Source of the DNA: Eledone cirrhosa
Lineage: Eukaryota
Length of the DNA stretch: 64,000 nt
Direction of reading: 5' to 3'
NCBI GenBank assembly: GCA_964016885.1
Contig: OZ024750.1
Coordinates: 43,524,001-43,588,000, forward strand
Position numbers and translations under genes: made by a program. Position 1 is the stretch's first letter. Each line of letters starts with the position of its first letter. Under the pieces are notes generated by a model. It did not search any database. It was not told where the DNA came from and saw nothing but the letters and a program-made list of their open reading frames with translations. Below, in pieces: positions 41,130 through 53,655 of the stretch.

Positions 41130-44100
41130 ATCAATTGAGAGTTGGCTGTTTGAACGCGCGTGGCCTGGGCTCAGCTTGGAAGCAAGCAAAGCTTCTAAGT
41201 GACCTCAGGTCACAAAGTATAGATGTGATGGTTGTTTGCGAGAGTCGGATCAGCAGCGTGAGACAGCTGGCGCCCGCCTTCGATGACTTTGAGATGCACG
41301 CATCTCTCTGTCAACCCGGAGGCGGGGGGGGGGGAGTTGCCGTACTGCTGGATAAACGTCTGACTCTCGACGTACAGATTGTTCACTCGGACCCGGGGGG
41401 TCGATTACTGGTGCTGGACGTCGGAGGCGGTGAAGGCGGGGCTTTCAGACTGGTCGGTCTTTATGCTCCCTTCGGGGCGGAAAGAGCCGACTTCTTCCAG
41501 CGTCTGGAGACTTTTCTAGGAACGTCGCGTTCCCTGCTTTTAGTGGGGGACTGGAATGGAATCCTAGATGCGCGTTGGGACTATGCAGGGGCATGTCCCG
41601 ATAGAGGGGGGTGTAGCAGCCTCAAGGGGTTACTCGATCGATTCGACCTGGTCGATAGATTTCGACTAGATTGTCCAACTGCGCCAACCTGGACCTGGGC
41701 AAACCGCAGTGGACAATCTAGATCGTACCTAGATACGTTTTTGGTTAGGAGTAAGGATAGAGACGTATTTAGTTGTCCAGAACTGATCATGGTTGGCTAT
41801 TTAGATCACAAATTAGTGACCTGCGTGGTCAACCTTGATAGAACGCATAGACAGGGTCCCGGTTACTGGAAGATGAACTTGTCCTTGCCGACAAAGAAAG
41901 ATTACAGAAACCGGATTAGTAGCTTAGTTAAGATGCGGTTGACGGGAGCGATCGTCAACAGTAGGTGGTGGGTATCTCTAAAGAGAGAGATTAGAGTAAG
42001 TTCGATAGGTTACAGTAAGGAACTAGCGGCGAATAGAAATAGGAAGGAAAGGGAGTTAACAGATAAACTAGAAGAGGCGATTAGGAGCGGAGACGTAGCC
42101 AGAGTGTTAGCGGCGAGAACGGCGTTGAGCCAGTTCTTTGACGCGAAGCACGAAGGCTGCGTTGTCCGAAGTAAAATACGTGCTTTAGGAAACGAGGGGA
42201 CCAAAGCTGTTAGCTGGGCCCGCGTGACAGAAGCCAAGAGTGGGATTAAATCCACCATTCGGTCTTTGCGAGACCAGGATGGACGGGTGATCCTTGAACC
42301 TGAGCGAATGTGCGAGGCCTTTCAAAGGCACTTTGCTCGACTGTTCGGAGGTGGCGGGGGGCCGGACGGGGATGTGGACTTCGGTCCATACCTCGACGGT
42401 CTACCGCGTCTTTCGAGCGGCGAAGCGGAGTGCTGCGAAAGGCCAATCACAGCCACTGAAATCGGGGAAGCGCTCAGCCAATGCAGCAGACGCAAATCCC
42501 CGGGTCTCGATGGTCTACCATACGAACTTTATTTAGCTATGCCGGTTTTGTTCTCCGAACTCCTCGAGGCTGTCTATTGCGACTGGCAACAGAACGGGAG
42601 AATTCCCTGTTCTGTGACCAAGGGCGTGGTCACGCTAGTGAGGAAGGACGAGAGCAAGGGGGACGACTTAAATAACTTTAGGCCCATAACTCTGCTGAAT
42701 GCAGAGTTACAGATTTTGGCCAAGGTGTTGGCGAAGAGGTTGGCGCTTGTGGTGGGTGGTTTGGTGGGAGACGCGCAGACATGCGCTATCCCGTCCAGGT
42801 CCATTCACGACAACCTCCACCTCATGCGATACATCATAGAGAGGGTTGGCTACGAACCCGGCTTTGGTGGGGCCCTGATCAACTTGGATCAATCTAAGGC
42901 GTTCGATAGGGTCGACCATGGTTACCTGGATGCGGTGCTAGCGGCGGCGGGCTTCGGACCCGTTTTCAGGGGCTGGATTTCTGCCATGCACAGTGGCAAC
43001 ATCTACTCTAGGATTAAAGTAAACGGCTACCTCTCGGAGCCGTTTCAAATCACCCGATCCATCAGACAGGGGTGCCCCCTCTCCTCCCTTCTGTACGTAT
43101 TGACTCTCGAGCCACTGCTGCGGAAGTTGGAGTTGCTGCGGGGCATACCCCTGGAACCGGGATTGCACAAAGCGGTCTCGGCCTATGCCGACGACGTAAC
43201 AGTAATGGTGGCGGACGCCTCGGAAATCGGGGCGATCGCCACCCTACTGGAGGAATACGAAAGGCTGACGGGGGCTAAGCTGAACCAGGACAAGTCAGTC
43301 GGTTTGCAACTCGGAACGTGGAGGGGCAAACCGATGCCGTTAGACGGTGTCGTCGGGCGGTGGACGGAGGGCCCGGTGAAGCTGCTCGGGGTCTGGTTCG
43401 GACCGGACCTCCAGGTGGAGAAGAATTGGGGCGAGGTGACGAGCAGGGTGTTTGCGCTGACCCAGAAGTGGGCCAAGTGCAAACTATCACTGAAAGGTCG
43501 GGCGGAGGTGACGAACGCTTACATAGCGTCCGTCATCTACTACCGCCTGACCGTCGTGCCTTGCCCCAAGGAAAAGCTCACCATCATGGAACGCATGCTC
43601 TTCCAGTTCCTCTGGAAGAAGCGGCCTCCCATGGTGAGGAGATCCATCTGCTGCCAGCACCCTTCGAAAGGAGGGCTGGGTATGCCGTGGCTGTTGATGC
43701 GTAGGCACGCATTGAGGCTACGGCATCTACAGGTATTCCTCAACGGTCAGCCGGTGTGGGCCCCGTTTGTGAGGCGAGCCTTCCCACAGCTCGTCTCGCT
43801 CACCGAACTGCAATCCTGGGTGAAGCAAAGACCGAGAAAACTGGGCAACTGGCACACTGAGTGTGCCCAGGCGCTCACGGCTATCTGGCAAGCGGACCCG
43901 ACTGTCAGTGGAGAATCCACCTCGACATTCTATAGAGGGTTGGTGGCTAGCAGGGGCGACGACACCCTTGGAGAGTCGCTAGGCATGGAGGAGGACGAAC
44001 TGGCCAGCCTGTTCGGTAGAACTTTCGGCCCGGGACCCATGGACAACTTCCAGAGGTCCCTAGCCTGGCAGTGTTACCGGGGGGCTCTGCCCGTTCGAGA

Positions 44101-44566
44101 AAAGCTCTACAGACACGGGCGCCCGGGCAGGGATCCCGCGAAAAAGATCTGTCCCAGATGCGTGCGCGACGAGGAAACCGTTGCGCATGCACTGGTACAC
44201 TGCCCGGGCGTTGCCGATCTGTGGGGCTACGTCGAACGACTGCTGTCGCGTGTGGCGCCGATTCGATTAACCGCCGAGTCTGTGGTGAACATCAAGCCGC
44301 CTCCTCCCTTCAGAAATGAAGCAGAGGCGGTCTTTCTGTGCGTAATAGCCATGATGAAAGAGGTTGTGTGGTGGACGCGCCTGAAAGGTCTGAGGTCGGG
44401 TGACTTTCTCTCCGGCCATCACCTGGTTTACTTCTTCCGATACCACTTCGGAAGAAGAATCAGGATGGAGAGAGAAGTGCTTGGTCCCAGACAGTTTTAT
44501 GAAAGGTGGGTGAAAGAAGCGAGAATGGCCCGTGTAAATGGGCCTTCTCTCTACATTGTTCTGTAG
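41126..44566 (+). CDS. ORF2: APE endonuclease, reverse transcriptase and C-terminal zinc finger
   Basis: EN motifs GCLNARGL, GDWN, YLD, DH; RT motifs KSPGLDG, FRPITLLN, LDQSKAFDRV, RQGCPLS, YADD; CPRC..H..HC. Frame is open for 1143 codons, but ATA occupies the position of copy 2's ATG. Confidence 0.93.
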   Translation: MDQLRVGCLNARGLGSAWKQAKLLSDLRSQSIDVMVVCESRISSVRQLAPAFDDFEMHASLCQPGGGGGGVAVLLDKRLTLDVQIVHSDPGGRLLVLDVGGGEGGAFRLVGLYAPFGAERADFFQRLETFLGTSRSLLLVGDWNGILDARWDYAGACPDRGGCSSLKGLLDRFDLVDRFRLDCPTAPTWTWANRSGQSRSYLDTFLVRSKDRDVFSCPELIMVGYLDHKLVTCVVNLDRTHRQGPGYWKMNLSLPTKKDYRNRISSLVKMRLTGAIVNSRWWVSLKREIRVSSIGYSKELAANRNRKERELTDKLEEAIRSGDVARVLAARTALSQFFDAKHEGCVVRSKIRALGNEGTKAVSWARVTEAKSGIKSTIRSLRDQDGRVILEPERMCEAFQRHFARLFGGGGGPDGDVDFGPYLDGLPRLSSGEAECCERPITATEIGEALSQCSRRKSPGLDGLPYELYLAMPVLFSELLEAVYCDWQQNGRIPCSVTKGVVTLVRKDESKGDDLNNFRPITLLNAELQILAKVLAKRLALVVGGLVGDAQTCAIPSRSIHDNLHLMRYIIERVGYEPGFGGALINLDQSKAFDRVDHGYLDAVLAAAGFGPVFRGWISAMHSGNIYSRIKVNGYLSEPFQITRSIRQGCPLSSLLYVLTLEPLLRKLELLRGIPLEPGLHKAVSAYADDVTVMVADASEIGAIATLLEEYERLTGAKLNQDKSVGLQLGTWRGKPMPLDGVVGRWTEGPVKLLGVWFGPDLQVEKNWGEVTSRVFALTQKWAKCKLSLKGRAEVTNAYIASVIYYRLTVVPCPKEKLTIMERMLFQFLWKKRPPMVRRSICCQHPSKGGLGMPWLLMRRHALRLRHLQVFLNGQPVWAPFVRRAFPQLVSLTELQSWVKQRPRKLGNWHTECAQALTAIWQADPTVSGESTSTFYRGLVASRGDDTLGESLGMEEDELASLFGRTFGPGPMDNFQRSLAWQCYRGALPVREKLYRHGRPGRDPAKKICPRCVRDEETVAHALVHCPGVADLWGYVERLLSRVAPIRLTAESVVNIKPPPPFRNEAEAVFLCVIAMMKEVVWWTRLKGLRSGDFLSGHHLVYFFRYHFGRRIRMEREVLGPRQFYERWVKEARMARVNGPSLYIVL

Positions 44567-44846
44567 GTGAAGAAGTGAAGAGGAAAGGGGGAGCGCCTCC
44601 TCTCTGGGCTTCCCCCGCGAAAAGAGTTGCACACTTTTCGGGGGTATGTGCAATCCCCAACACGCCCCCTCCCTTTTGAGGACTTTTTATTGTTATATTA
44701 TTATTGTTATTCCTTTTTTCTTTACTCGATTTATGTAAACTCCCCCACTGTGTAAATGGCCCCTTCTTTTGTGCCCTCGTGGCAAATAAATAGAAATTTA
44801 TCTATCTATAAATCTCTCTAATTATTTATCTCTCCGCCTCTCTCTC

Positions 44847-44920
<74 letters not shown>

Positions 44921-45105
44921 CCTCTCTCTCTATATATATATGTACGTTTAAAAGCAGTGGTTTATCACTGGGTAGAATTTGACATTCTGCAATGTTACTC
45001 ATTATGTAATATAAGAAAAGCACTCGACGTTATGCAACTCATCCATCTCTGATGTTTAATGATGTTCGTGGTTCGGGAACGGAGTAAATGTATTATGCAA
45101 TTTCA

Positions 45106-45155
<50 letters not shown>

Positions 45156-45540
45156 GGATATGTGTTCCTTCACGCACAAGGCGCTAAGGTACGCATGTAT
45201 TGTCCAACCAAATGCCAGTGTGGTTCAATGGCAGGTTAATAAATTAACGAGCCAGAACAAATACAAACAAGGTTTAGCAAATAATGAAAAAGTTTCAAAA
45301 TAAATTTTAAATAATTGACTTTACCTACTATAGTTACCTTTACCGATCGGTTTCGAATCGCAAAAATAAACGGAGACCCGTTAATTTATTAACCTGCCTC
45401 TATTTATTAACCTGCCTCTATCTTTACTTCGGCCCTTGATAAACCTGTTTCTACATCATCCACTCTCATCCCAGGAACAGTTTTGATAGCGCTAGTTCGT
45501 AATTTAAATTCAGGAATTTTATATTCTTCGAATGAAAAGA

Positions 45541-45623
45541 ACCTTCTGACGAGAATCTTTCTTTGCAACGAAGGCCGTATGGTCTCCGTTTATTTTTGGG
45601 ATTCGAAACCGATCGGTAAAGGT
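45541..45623 (+). ncRNA. Type I hammerhead ribozyme, family I
   Basis: ACCTT-CTGACGA-GAATC...GATTC-GAAA-C CGATCG G-TA-AAGGT; fold-back partner at 45265-45380. Confidence 0.85.
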
Positions 45624-45690
45624 AACTATAGTAGGTAAAGTCAATTTTTTAAAATTTATTTTGAAACTTTTTCATTATTTGCTAAACCTT

Positions 45691-45726
<36 letters not shown>

Positions 45727-46148
45727 ATAAATTAACGGAGGCATAGGCCGTCGTTATTCCCTGTAAATAATGTGCTCAAAGGGGAAGAGATCCTGAGCCC
45801 TTTAAAATATATGTTGAGAATATCTCTCTCTGGTGTGTTACCTTCTCAACATATTATATTTTAAAGGGCTCAGGATCTCTTCCCCTTTGAGCACATTATT
45901 TACAGGGAATAACGACGGCCTATGCCTCCGTTAATTTATCGTGATATTTCGCTCCTAACAACAGTCTTTCCTATCTCTGTTTGGTTGAGCACACTTCTCT
46001 GAGTGGCTTTGGGCTGCCCTTTCTAGCAGTTCGTCTCTCAGAGGCCACTGGTTCACTGCCCTTAAACGCGCTGTGACTTCTCTCTCCCACGTGTAGCTGG
46101 ACAGTCAATTGTAAAATTCTCTTAGTGTTGTCTGAAATGTATGGCCTT

Positions 46149-46228
46149 ACACACGCTGATGAACCGAGACTAGACCATTTCTTTCAACAAATTTCTGGTG
46201 AAACATATCTTTGGATTTGTACGTGTGT
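46149..46228 (+). ncRNA. Type I hammerhead ribozyme, family J, in (TA)n-flanked element 45722-46397
   Basis: ACACACG-CTGATGA-ACC...GGT-GAAA-CAtATC tttg GATtTG-TA-CGTGTGT; diverged homolog at 59498-59580 (-). Confidence 0.85.
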
Positions 46229-47844
46229 TATATAGTTATAGAGGTATTTATTTACGCTTTAATTTATATTTTTAATTATCGTGTCTATAGTCTGCCTTTC
46301 ATAGGTTATAGATTCCATACACTGGTGGTTTTTTCCCTGTATTATTGATAACGCACTATATATCTCTCTCTGGTGTGTTACCTTCTCAACATATTATATA
46401 TATATATATATATATATACCTACCTACATACATATATATCTATATATATATATATATAAACATACATATCTATATATATAAACATATATAACATATATAT
46501 TTGTTTATATAAACATATATCGGAAGCAACTACGTTGCATCGCGAGAAGGGTCGTGGGGAACTACTCACAACACCCCTTTCTCTTTGCCCAGAAATGGAC
46601 AAGAATTGAGAGGAGAAAGGGATTACATTCTCTTCTCATAGAAAATAAACCAAGGAAGGCTACTGGAAGAATCCAAGAACAGCCGGACATGGAATACAGC
46701 TCAGAATTGAAATCAGCAATCTAAGAGAAGCAGTTTGGTAGTTAAATCTATTTATGAGAAGCTGGCGTTGTGGGTGATTGGTCAGATGTTGTGGCTGATT
46801 GTTGGAAACAAAAAAAGAACCGTAGATAATTAACTTCTCTGTAGTCAATCTTGTTTAAGCCATTCAGAGAAAAATAAATCAAAAAAAAAATAGGAGAAGA
46901 ATAAATAAAGAAGGGATAGTGTGAACTAAAAACATGGCTGGGTAATATGAACAGGACAAAAGTAAATGAAAAACTATTTCTAGAATACAAACACAGCAAT
47001 TTATATACAAATATTATTGCATATTTTTCTGAGTTCAGATATTTGCCTATAGAGACTCCATTGATGAGAAAAATGGTCAGTGAGAAAAATAAAAAGATAA
47101 TATATATATATATATAAAAGTAAGAAGCAAGTAAATAAAAATAACAAAAATAAGATACTAACAATATGGAAGCAATCATTATTTTCACTTACTTTTTCTT
47201 GTCCCTTTGGAAGGCTGGTGATGATAAAAGTTGGATAACCATCTATTTTCCTGCTGTCTTATGTGTGTATATATGGTCGGCATTGCAGCAGACGTTAAGA
47301 ACAAATTACTGAAGATGGTGAATAATTCACCAAAAACATATATTAAGGTAGACATGCTCAATATATATATATATATATACACAATCTTCTGGGATTTAAC
47401 AAAGTGTAAATACATTTATCTAAAAGACCGTGAGCATCTAACTGTTCTTTCTCTGTGTATTACTTTCTTTCAGTTCGACTATACATGTGCGAACTTTCAA
47501 TTTACAACTTCCAATTCTTATGGAGTATAAGATGTTTTGGTGTTACGCATGTTCAATCAAAGCATCCATCCACCATTTTTGTTGTACCACAGACAACCTA
47601 TGTAATCTATCTTATCTTTCTCCCTCTTTTTCTCTCTACACTTTTTTCACCTCTAAGTTAATTTTTGGTACAAAACTATGTCGGTATATGCCAAAAAAAA
47701 AAAAAAAAGTATCAAATTTCTACGGCAGAAACAATTTACGTCGAATGCTCTCTAACCTTGATTCTCCATTACTCACTTTAAGACTTTACTTGGTGTTAGC
47801 GACTGAAAGGTAACAATTTTACTTCTCTGAGAAGAACAGGTATG

Positions 47845-47936
47845 AAAATAAAAATAAAAATAAAAATAAAAATAAAAATAAAAATAAAAATAAAAATAAA
47901 AATAAAAATAAAAATAAAAATAAAAATAAAAATAAA
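47845..47936. repeat. (AAAAAT)n microsatellite
   Basis: Hexanucleotide run. Confidence 0.9.
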
Positions 47937-49117
47937 ACGAAAACGAAAACTAATATATAAGCTAACAAACAAAATATAAATAAGGGATGAAAAGAAAACC
48001 CCAAAACGGAACTAAATGTAAATAAATAGTAAAAATAATATATAAAGAAAGATAAACGGAGAGGAAAAACATTTGTCCATCAATTAATAATATTAACATT
48101 TGCAATCTTTAACAAGCTAAGCAATAGTCTGGAAGCTGTTCTTAATTTGATAGTGTTTTTAAGGTGTTATATTTGAAGTTACAATGTTGAAAGACAGAAA
48201 CGACAAGTGATAAATTGGTCAGATATGTAAACTCCTTTATCTGAACATATGTTTGATGAAAACAGTCAGAATACTCATTATGTTCTGTAGAGGTCCTTAA
48301 AACAATCATGTAGGTTATGGAAAGGTGTTCTGAAATATATTTAATATTATGCTTACGTGAAGTCAACATGTAAATGAGAAGAATCGACTGGGGGATCAAA
48401 CGAAATATATTAGACTATTATGTTTTACACTTCTTGGTTCAAATCCTGCTTGGTCACATCTCTTTTCATATTTCCAGGGTTAATGTAACGAAAGTATGTG
48501 GTCTAGGGCTTGGACTGATGTGTCCACGATCATTAGGTCGTAAGTTCGATTCCCAGACCGAGTGGTGTGTTGTGACATTTCATTTCACGCTGCCCCAGTT
48601 CTCTCAGCTGACAATAGTATCAATAGCAATTGCTGGTTACCCCTTATAAGGGCTGGGCAAGCATTTTGGAAGGGGAATCACATTGACTGGGTCATGAACA
48701 CCAGAGGGCAGCACCATTTATTAATGAACCGTATAAGGCTTATACGATTCATGAACCCAACCGGAAAAGATCCGATTTTAGCGCAACCCATGAAAGTGTG
48801 GAAGAATGAACGTAGAAACGATGACAATTTCCTATATAAGGCGTCCATTTTACACTAGGAAATAGTTTTAACCCATTATACACCCAAACCTTGTATATAA
48901 TAAATTAATATTTCATTAACATACTAGACTATCTTCGTAATAAGTATTTTCAATGTTTTTACGTACACATATTTAACCCTTTAGCATTTAAACCGGCCGT
49001 ATCCGACACGTATTCACTCACCCCTTTCTATTCAAACCGGCCATAACCAGCTGTTCTGATTTACGTTAAGGTGTTTTTCTCAAAATAAATGATATCAAAA
49101 TCTCGTAGATTAGATAC

Positions 49118-49959
49118 TATGTGAGATAATTGTATGAGATAACGCCTTTACTATGAAAATACAATAGTATATATAGAGTAATGTAAATGTTATGTGAGAT
49201 ATTATGTGAGGTAAAGCCTTTACTGTGAAAATACAATAGTATATATAGAGTAATGTAAATGTTATGTGAGATATTATGTGAGGTAAAGCCTTTACTGTGA
49301 CAATACAATAGTATATATAGAGTAATGTAAATGTTATGTGAGATATTATGTGAGGTAAAGCCTTTACTGTGACAATACAATAGTATATATAGAGTAATGT
49401 AAATGTTATGTGAGATATTATGTGAGGTAAAGCCTTTACTGTGAAAATACAATAGTATATATAGAGTAATGTAAATGTTATGTGAGGTATTATGTGAGGT
49501 AAAGCCTTTACTGTGAAAATACAATAGTATATATAGAGTAATGTAAATGTTATGTGAGGTATTATGTGAGGTAAAGCCTTTACTGTGACAATACAATAGT
49601 ATATATAGAGTAATGTAAATGTTATGTGAGGTATTATGTGAGGTAAAGCCTTTACTGTGAAAATACAATAGTATATATAGAGTAATGTAAATGTTATGTG
49701 AGATATTATGTGAGGTAAAGACTTTACTGTGAAAATATAATAGTATATATAGAGTAATGTAAATGTTATGTGAGGTAAAGCCTTTACTGTGAAAATACAA
49801 TAGTATATATAGAGTAATGTAAATGTTATGTGAGGTATTATGTGAGGTAAAGCCTTTACTGTGAAAATACAATAGTATATATAGAGTAATGTAAATGTTA
49901 TGTGAGATATTATGTGAGGTAAAGCCTTTACTGTGAAAATACAATAGTATATATAGAGT
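49118..49959. repeat. 60-bp satellite, left arm (~14 units)
   Basis: GTAAAGCCTTTACTGTGAmAATACAATAGTATATATAGAGTAATGTAAATGTTATGTGAGrTATTATGTGAG. Confidence 0.97.
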
Positions 49960-50196
49960 GGTTTCTTTATTTGCCACTAGGGCACAAAAGGTAGGGACAG
50001 ATACAAGGGGGGAAGTTTACATATAATTAACGAGTACAAAAATATAACAATGAAATAACAACAACAAACGAAGTCCTCAATAGGGAGGGGGCATTAACAT
50101 GGGTCGCACACACCCCGGAAAAAATGTGTAACCCTTCTCCTCAGGAGCACAAAGAGTAGGTGCTTCCCTCGTCTCCTCTTTTTCCTCTTCTTTCAC

Positions 50197-53100
50197 CTAC
50201 AGGCTGATATAGAGAGAAGACCCATTCACTCTGGCCATTCTCCCTACTTTCACCCACCTTTCATAAAACTTGCTGGGGTAGAGCACCTCTCTCTCCATTC
50301 TGATCCTTCTTTTAAAATGGTATTTGAAAAAGGGGACCAGTTGTTGGCCGGAGAGAAAGGTGTCTGACCTCAGCCCTTTCAGCCTCGTCCACCATACAAC
50401 TTCTTTAGCCATGGCTACCACACAGAGAAAAACCGCCTCTCCTTCGTTTTTGAAAGGGGGAGGCGGTTTGATCGTGACAATGGACTCGGTGGTCAACCGG
50501 ATTGGTCCCACCCTCGACAGTAGTCGTTCCACATAGCCCCACAGGTCAGCAATGCCTGGGCAGTGTACGAATGCGTGCGCAACGGTTTCGTCATCATGCA
50601 CGCATCTCGGACAGATCTTATTCAAAGGATCTCTACCCAGGCTCCCATGCCTGTGGAGCTTGTCTCGAACGGGTAGAGCCCCTCGGTAGCACTGCCAAGC
50701 CAGGGACTTTTGGAAGTTGTCCATCGGTCCAGGGCCAAACGTCCTACCGAACAGACTGGCCAGTTCATCTTCCTCCATGCCTAGAGCTTCTCCGAGAGCA
50801 TCGTCGCACCTGCTGCGTACCAACCCTCTATAGAATGTCGACGTGGAGTCTCCACTGATTGCCGGGTCCGCTTTCCAGAGGGCCGTGAGCGCCTGGGCAC
50901 ATTCAATGTGCCAGTCGCCCACTTTTCTCGGTCTTTGCTTGACCCAGGATTGCAGCTCGGTGAGCGAGACGAGTCTGGGAAAGGCTCGCCTCACAAACGG
51001 GGCCCACACCGGTTGACCGGTGAGGAATACCTGGAGGTGCCGTAGCCTTAATGCGTGTTTACGCATCTGTAGTCACGGCATCCCCAGCCCTCCTTTCGAA
51101 GGGTGTTGACAGCAGATGGATCTCCTCACCAAAGGGGTCCGCTTGTTCCAAAGAAATTGGAACAGCGCGCACTCCATTTTGGCGAGTCTTTTCACTGGGC
51201 AAGGCACGACGGTCAAGCGGTAGTAGATGACGGATGCTATATAAGTATTCGCCACCTCCGCTCGACCTTTCAGGGATAGTTTGCACTGGGCCCACTTCTG
51301 GGTGAGTGCAAACACCCTGGCCGTTACCTCGTTCCAGTTTTTCTCCACCTGGAGGTCTGGTCCGAACCAGACCCCAAGCAGCTTCACCGGGCCCTCCGTC
51401 CAGCGTCCGACGACGTCGTTGGAGGGCATCGGTTTGCCTCTCCATGTTCCGAGTTGCAAACCGACGGACTTGTCCCGGTTCAGCTTGGCTCCTGTAAACC
51501 TTTCATATTCCTCCAGTGAGGTGCCGATCTCACCGATTTGCGAGGTTTTCGACACCATTACTGTCACGTCATCGGCGTAGGCCGACGCCGCTTTCTGCAA
51601 TCCCGGTTCCAAAGGGATGCCCTGCAACCGCTCCAACTTCCGCAGTAGTGGCTCAAGAGCCAGCACATACAGTAGGGAGGAGAGAGGGCATCCCTGTCGG
51701 ATGGATCGCATGATTTGGAACGGCTCCGAGAGGTGGCCGTTCACCTTGACCCTTGAGCAGACGTTGCTGCTGTGCATCGCAGCAATCCAACCCCTGAAAA
51801 CGGGTCCGAAGCCTGCCGCCGCGAGCACCGCATCCAGGTAACGATGGTCAACCCTATCGAAAGCTTTAGATTGATCCAAGTTGATCAGGGCCCCACCAAA
51901 GCCGGGTTCATTCCCTACCCTCTCTATGATGTATCGCATAAGGTGGAGATTGTCGTGAATGGACCTGGACGGGATTGCGCATGTCTGCGCTTCTCCCACC
52001 AGGTTTCCAACGACAAGCGCCAACCTCTTCGCTAACACCTTGGCCAAAATCTTTAACTCTGTATTTAGCAGAGTTATGGGCCTGAAGTTACTTATGTCAT
52101 CCCCCTTGTTCTCATCCTTCCTCACCAGCGTAACTACGCCCTTGGTCACAGAACTGGGAATTCTCCCGTTCTGCTGCCAGTTGCAGTAGACCGCTTCGAG
52201 GATATCGGAGAACAAGTCCGGCATCGCTACATATAGCTCGTATGGTAGACCATCGAGACCCGGGGATTTGCGTTTGCCGCATTGGCTCAGCGCCGCCCCT
52301 ATCTCAGCAGCTGAAATCGTCCTTTCGCAGGACTTCGCCTCCGCGCCCGAGAGGCGCGGCAGACCGTCGAGGTATGGATTGAAATCCATAGTCTCACCCG
52401 GCGCGCCGCCCCTCTCGAACAGTCGTGCAAAGTGCCGCTGAAAGGCCGCACACATCTGCCCAGGTTCAAGGATCACACGCCCATCCTGGTCCTTCAAAGA
52501 CCGAATCGTGGACTTGTTCCCACTTTTTGCCTCTGTCACTCGGGCCCAGCTCACAGCTTTGGCTCCCTCATTACCCAGAGCACGTATTTTACTCCTGACA
52601 ACGCAGCCTTCATGCTTCACCTCAAAGAACTGGTCTAAGGCCATTCTTGATGCCAGCACGCCGGCTACATTGCCACTCCTAATCGCCTCTTCTACTCTAT
52701 CTACTAATTCCCTTTCCGTCTTGTTCCTATCCCTTGCTAATTCCTGACTAAAACCTATCGATTCTATTCTAATTGCTCTCTTAAGAGAGCTCCACCACCT
52801 GTTGTTGACAATTGCCCCTGTCAAACTCTGCTTAACTAACGTGCTAATCCGTTTACTGTAAGCTTTGCTTCTCGGTAAGGACAAGTTCAGCTTCCAGTAA
52901 CCGGGTCCCTGTCTATGGGTTCTATCAAGGTTGGCTATGCAGGTCACTAACTTGTGATCCGAATAGTCAACCATGAACATTTTTGGACAGCTAAATGTGT
53001 CCCTATCGTTCTCTCTAACTAGGACCCTATCTAGGTACGACCTAGATGTTCCACTGCGATTGGTCCACGTCCATAGTGGTACAGTCGGAAAATCTAGTCG

Positions 53101-53634
53101 ATATCTATCGGCCAGGTCAAATCGGCCGATTAACCTTTTGAGGCTTTTACACCCCCCTCTATTGGCACATGCCCCTACATAGTCCCAACGTGCATCCAGG
53201 ATACCATTCCAGTCCCCCACTAAAAGCAAGGAGCGGGACGTTCCCAGAAAAGTTTCCAGACGTTGGAAGTATTCCGGCCGCGCTGCCCAAAAAGGGGCGT
53301 ACACAGCTATTAGTCTAAGGGCTCCACTTTCACTACTGCCGACGTCTAAAACCACCAGTCGACCCTCCGGGTCCAGGTGCACCTTCTGTATGGCGAGGCC
53401 CAGGTGTTTTCGCAGCAGAACGACAACTCCACCCCCACCCCCCGGTTGACAGAGAGATGCGAAGATCTCAAAGTCGTCGAAGAGGGGCGCCAGTTGGTGC
53501 TCGCTGCTGATCCTGGACTCGCAAATAGCCATTACATCCATTCTATGCGACCTGAGATCGTTTAAAAGTTTGCCTTGTTTCCAAGACAGTCCCAGGCCAC
53601 GTACATTCAGACACCCAACTCTTATATCAGCCAT
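50197..53634 (-). pseudogene. ORF2 (APE-RT-zinc finger) with one in-frame nonsense codon
   Basis: 853-aa and 289-aa ORFs share a frame; TGA at 51073-51075 replaces the TGG (W) of copy 1's GMPWLLM; GDWN, SDH and YADD intact. Confidence 0.92.
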
Positions 53635-53655
53635 GTTGGTTAAAAGAGGAAGGAC

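Larger units (their letters stand above)
39079..44797 (+). mobile_element. Full-length Tx1/L1-clade non-LTR retrotransposon, copy 1
   Basis: ~200-bp 5' UTR, ORF1, ORF2, ~230-bp 3' UTR ending GGCAAATAAATAGAAA; TATC repeats on both sides. Confidence 0.93.

Noticed and set aside
39060-44812. Defined target-site duplication for LINE copy 1
   Set aside because: It cannot be distinguished from the surrounding TATC repeat.
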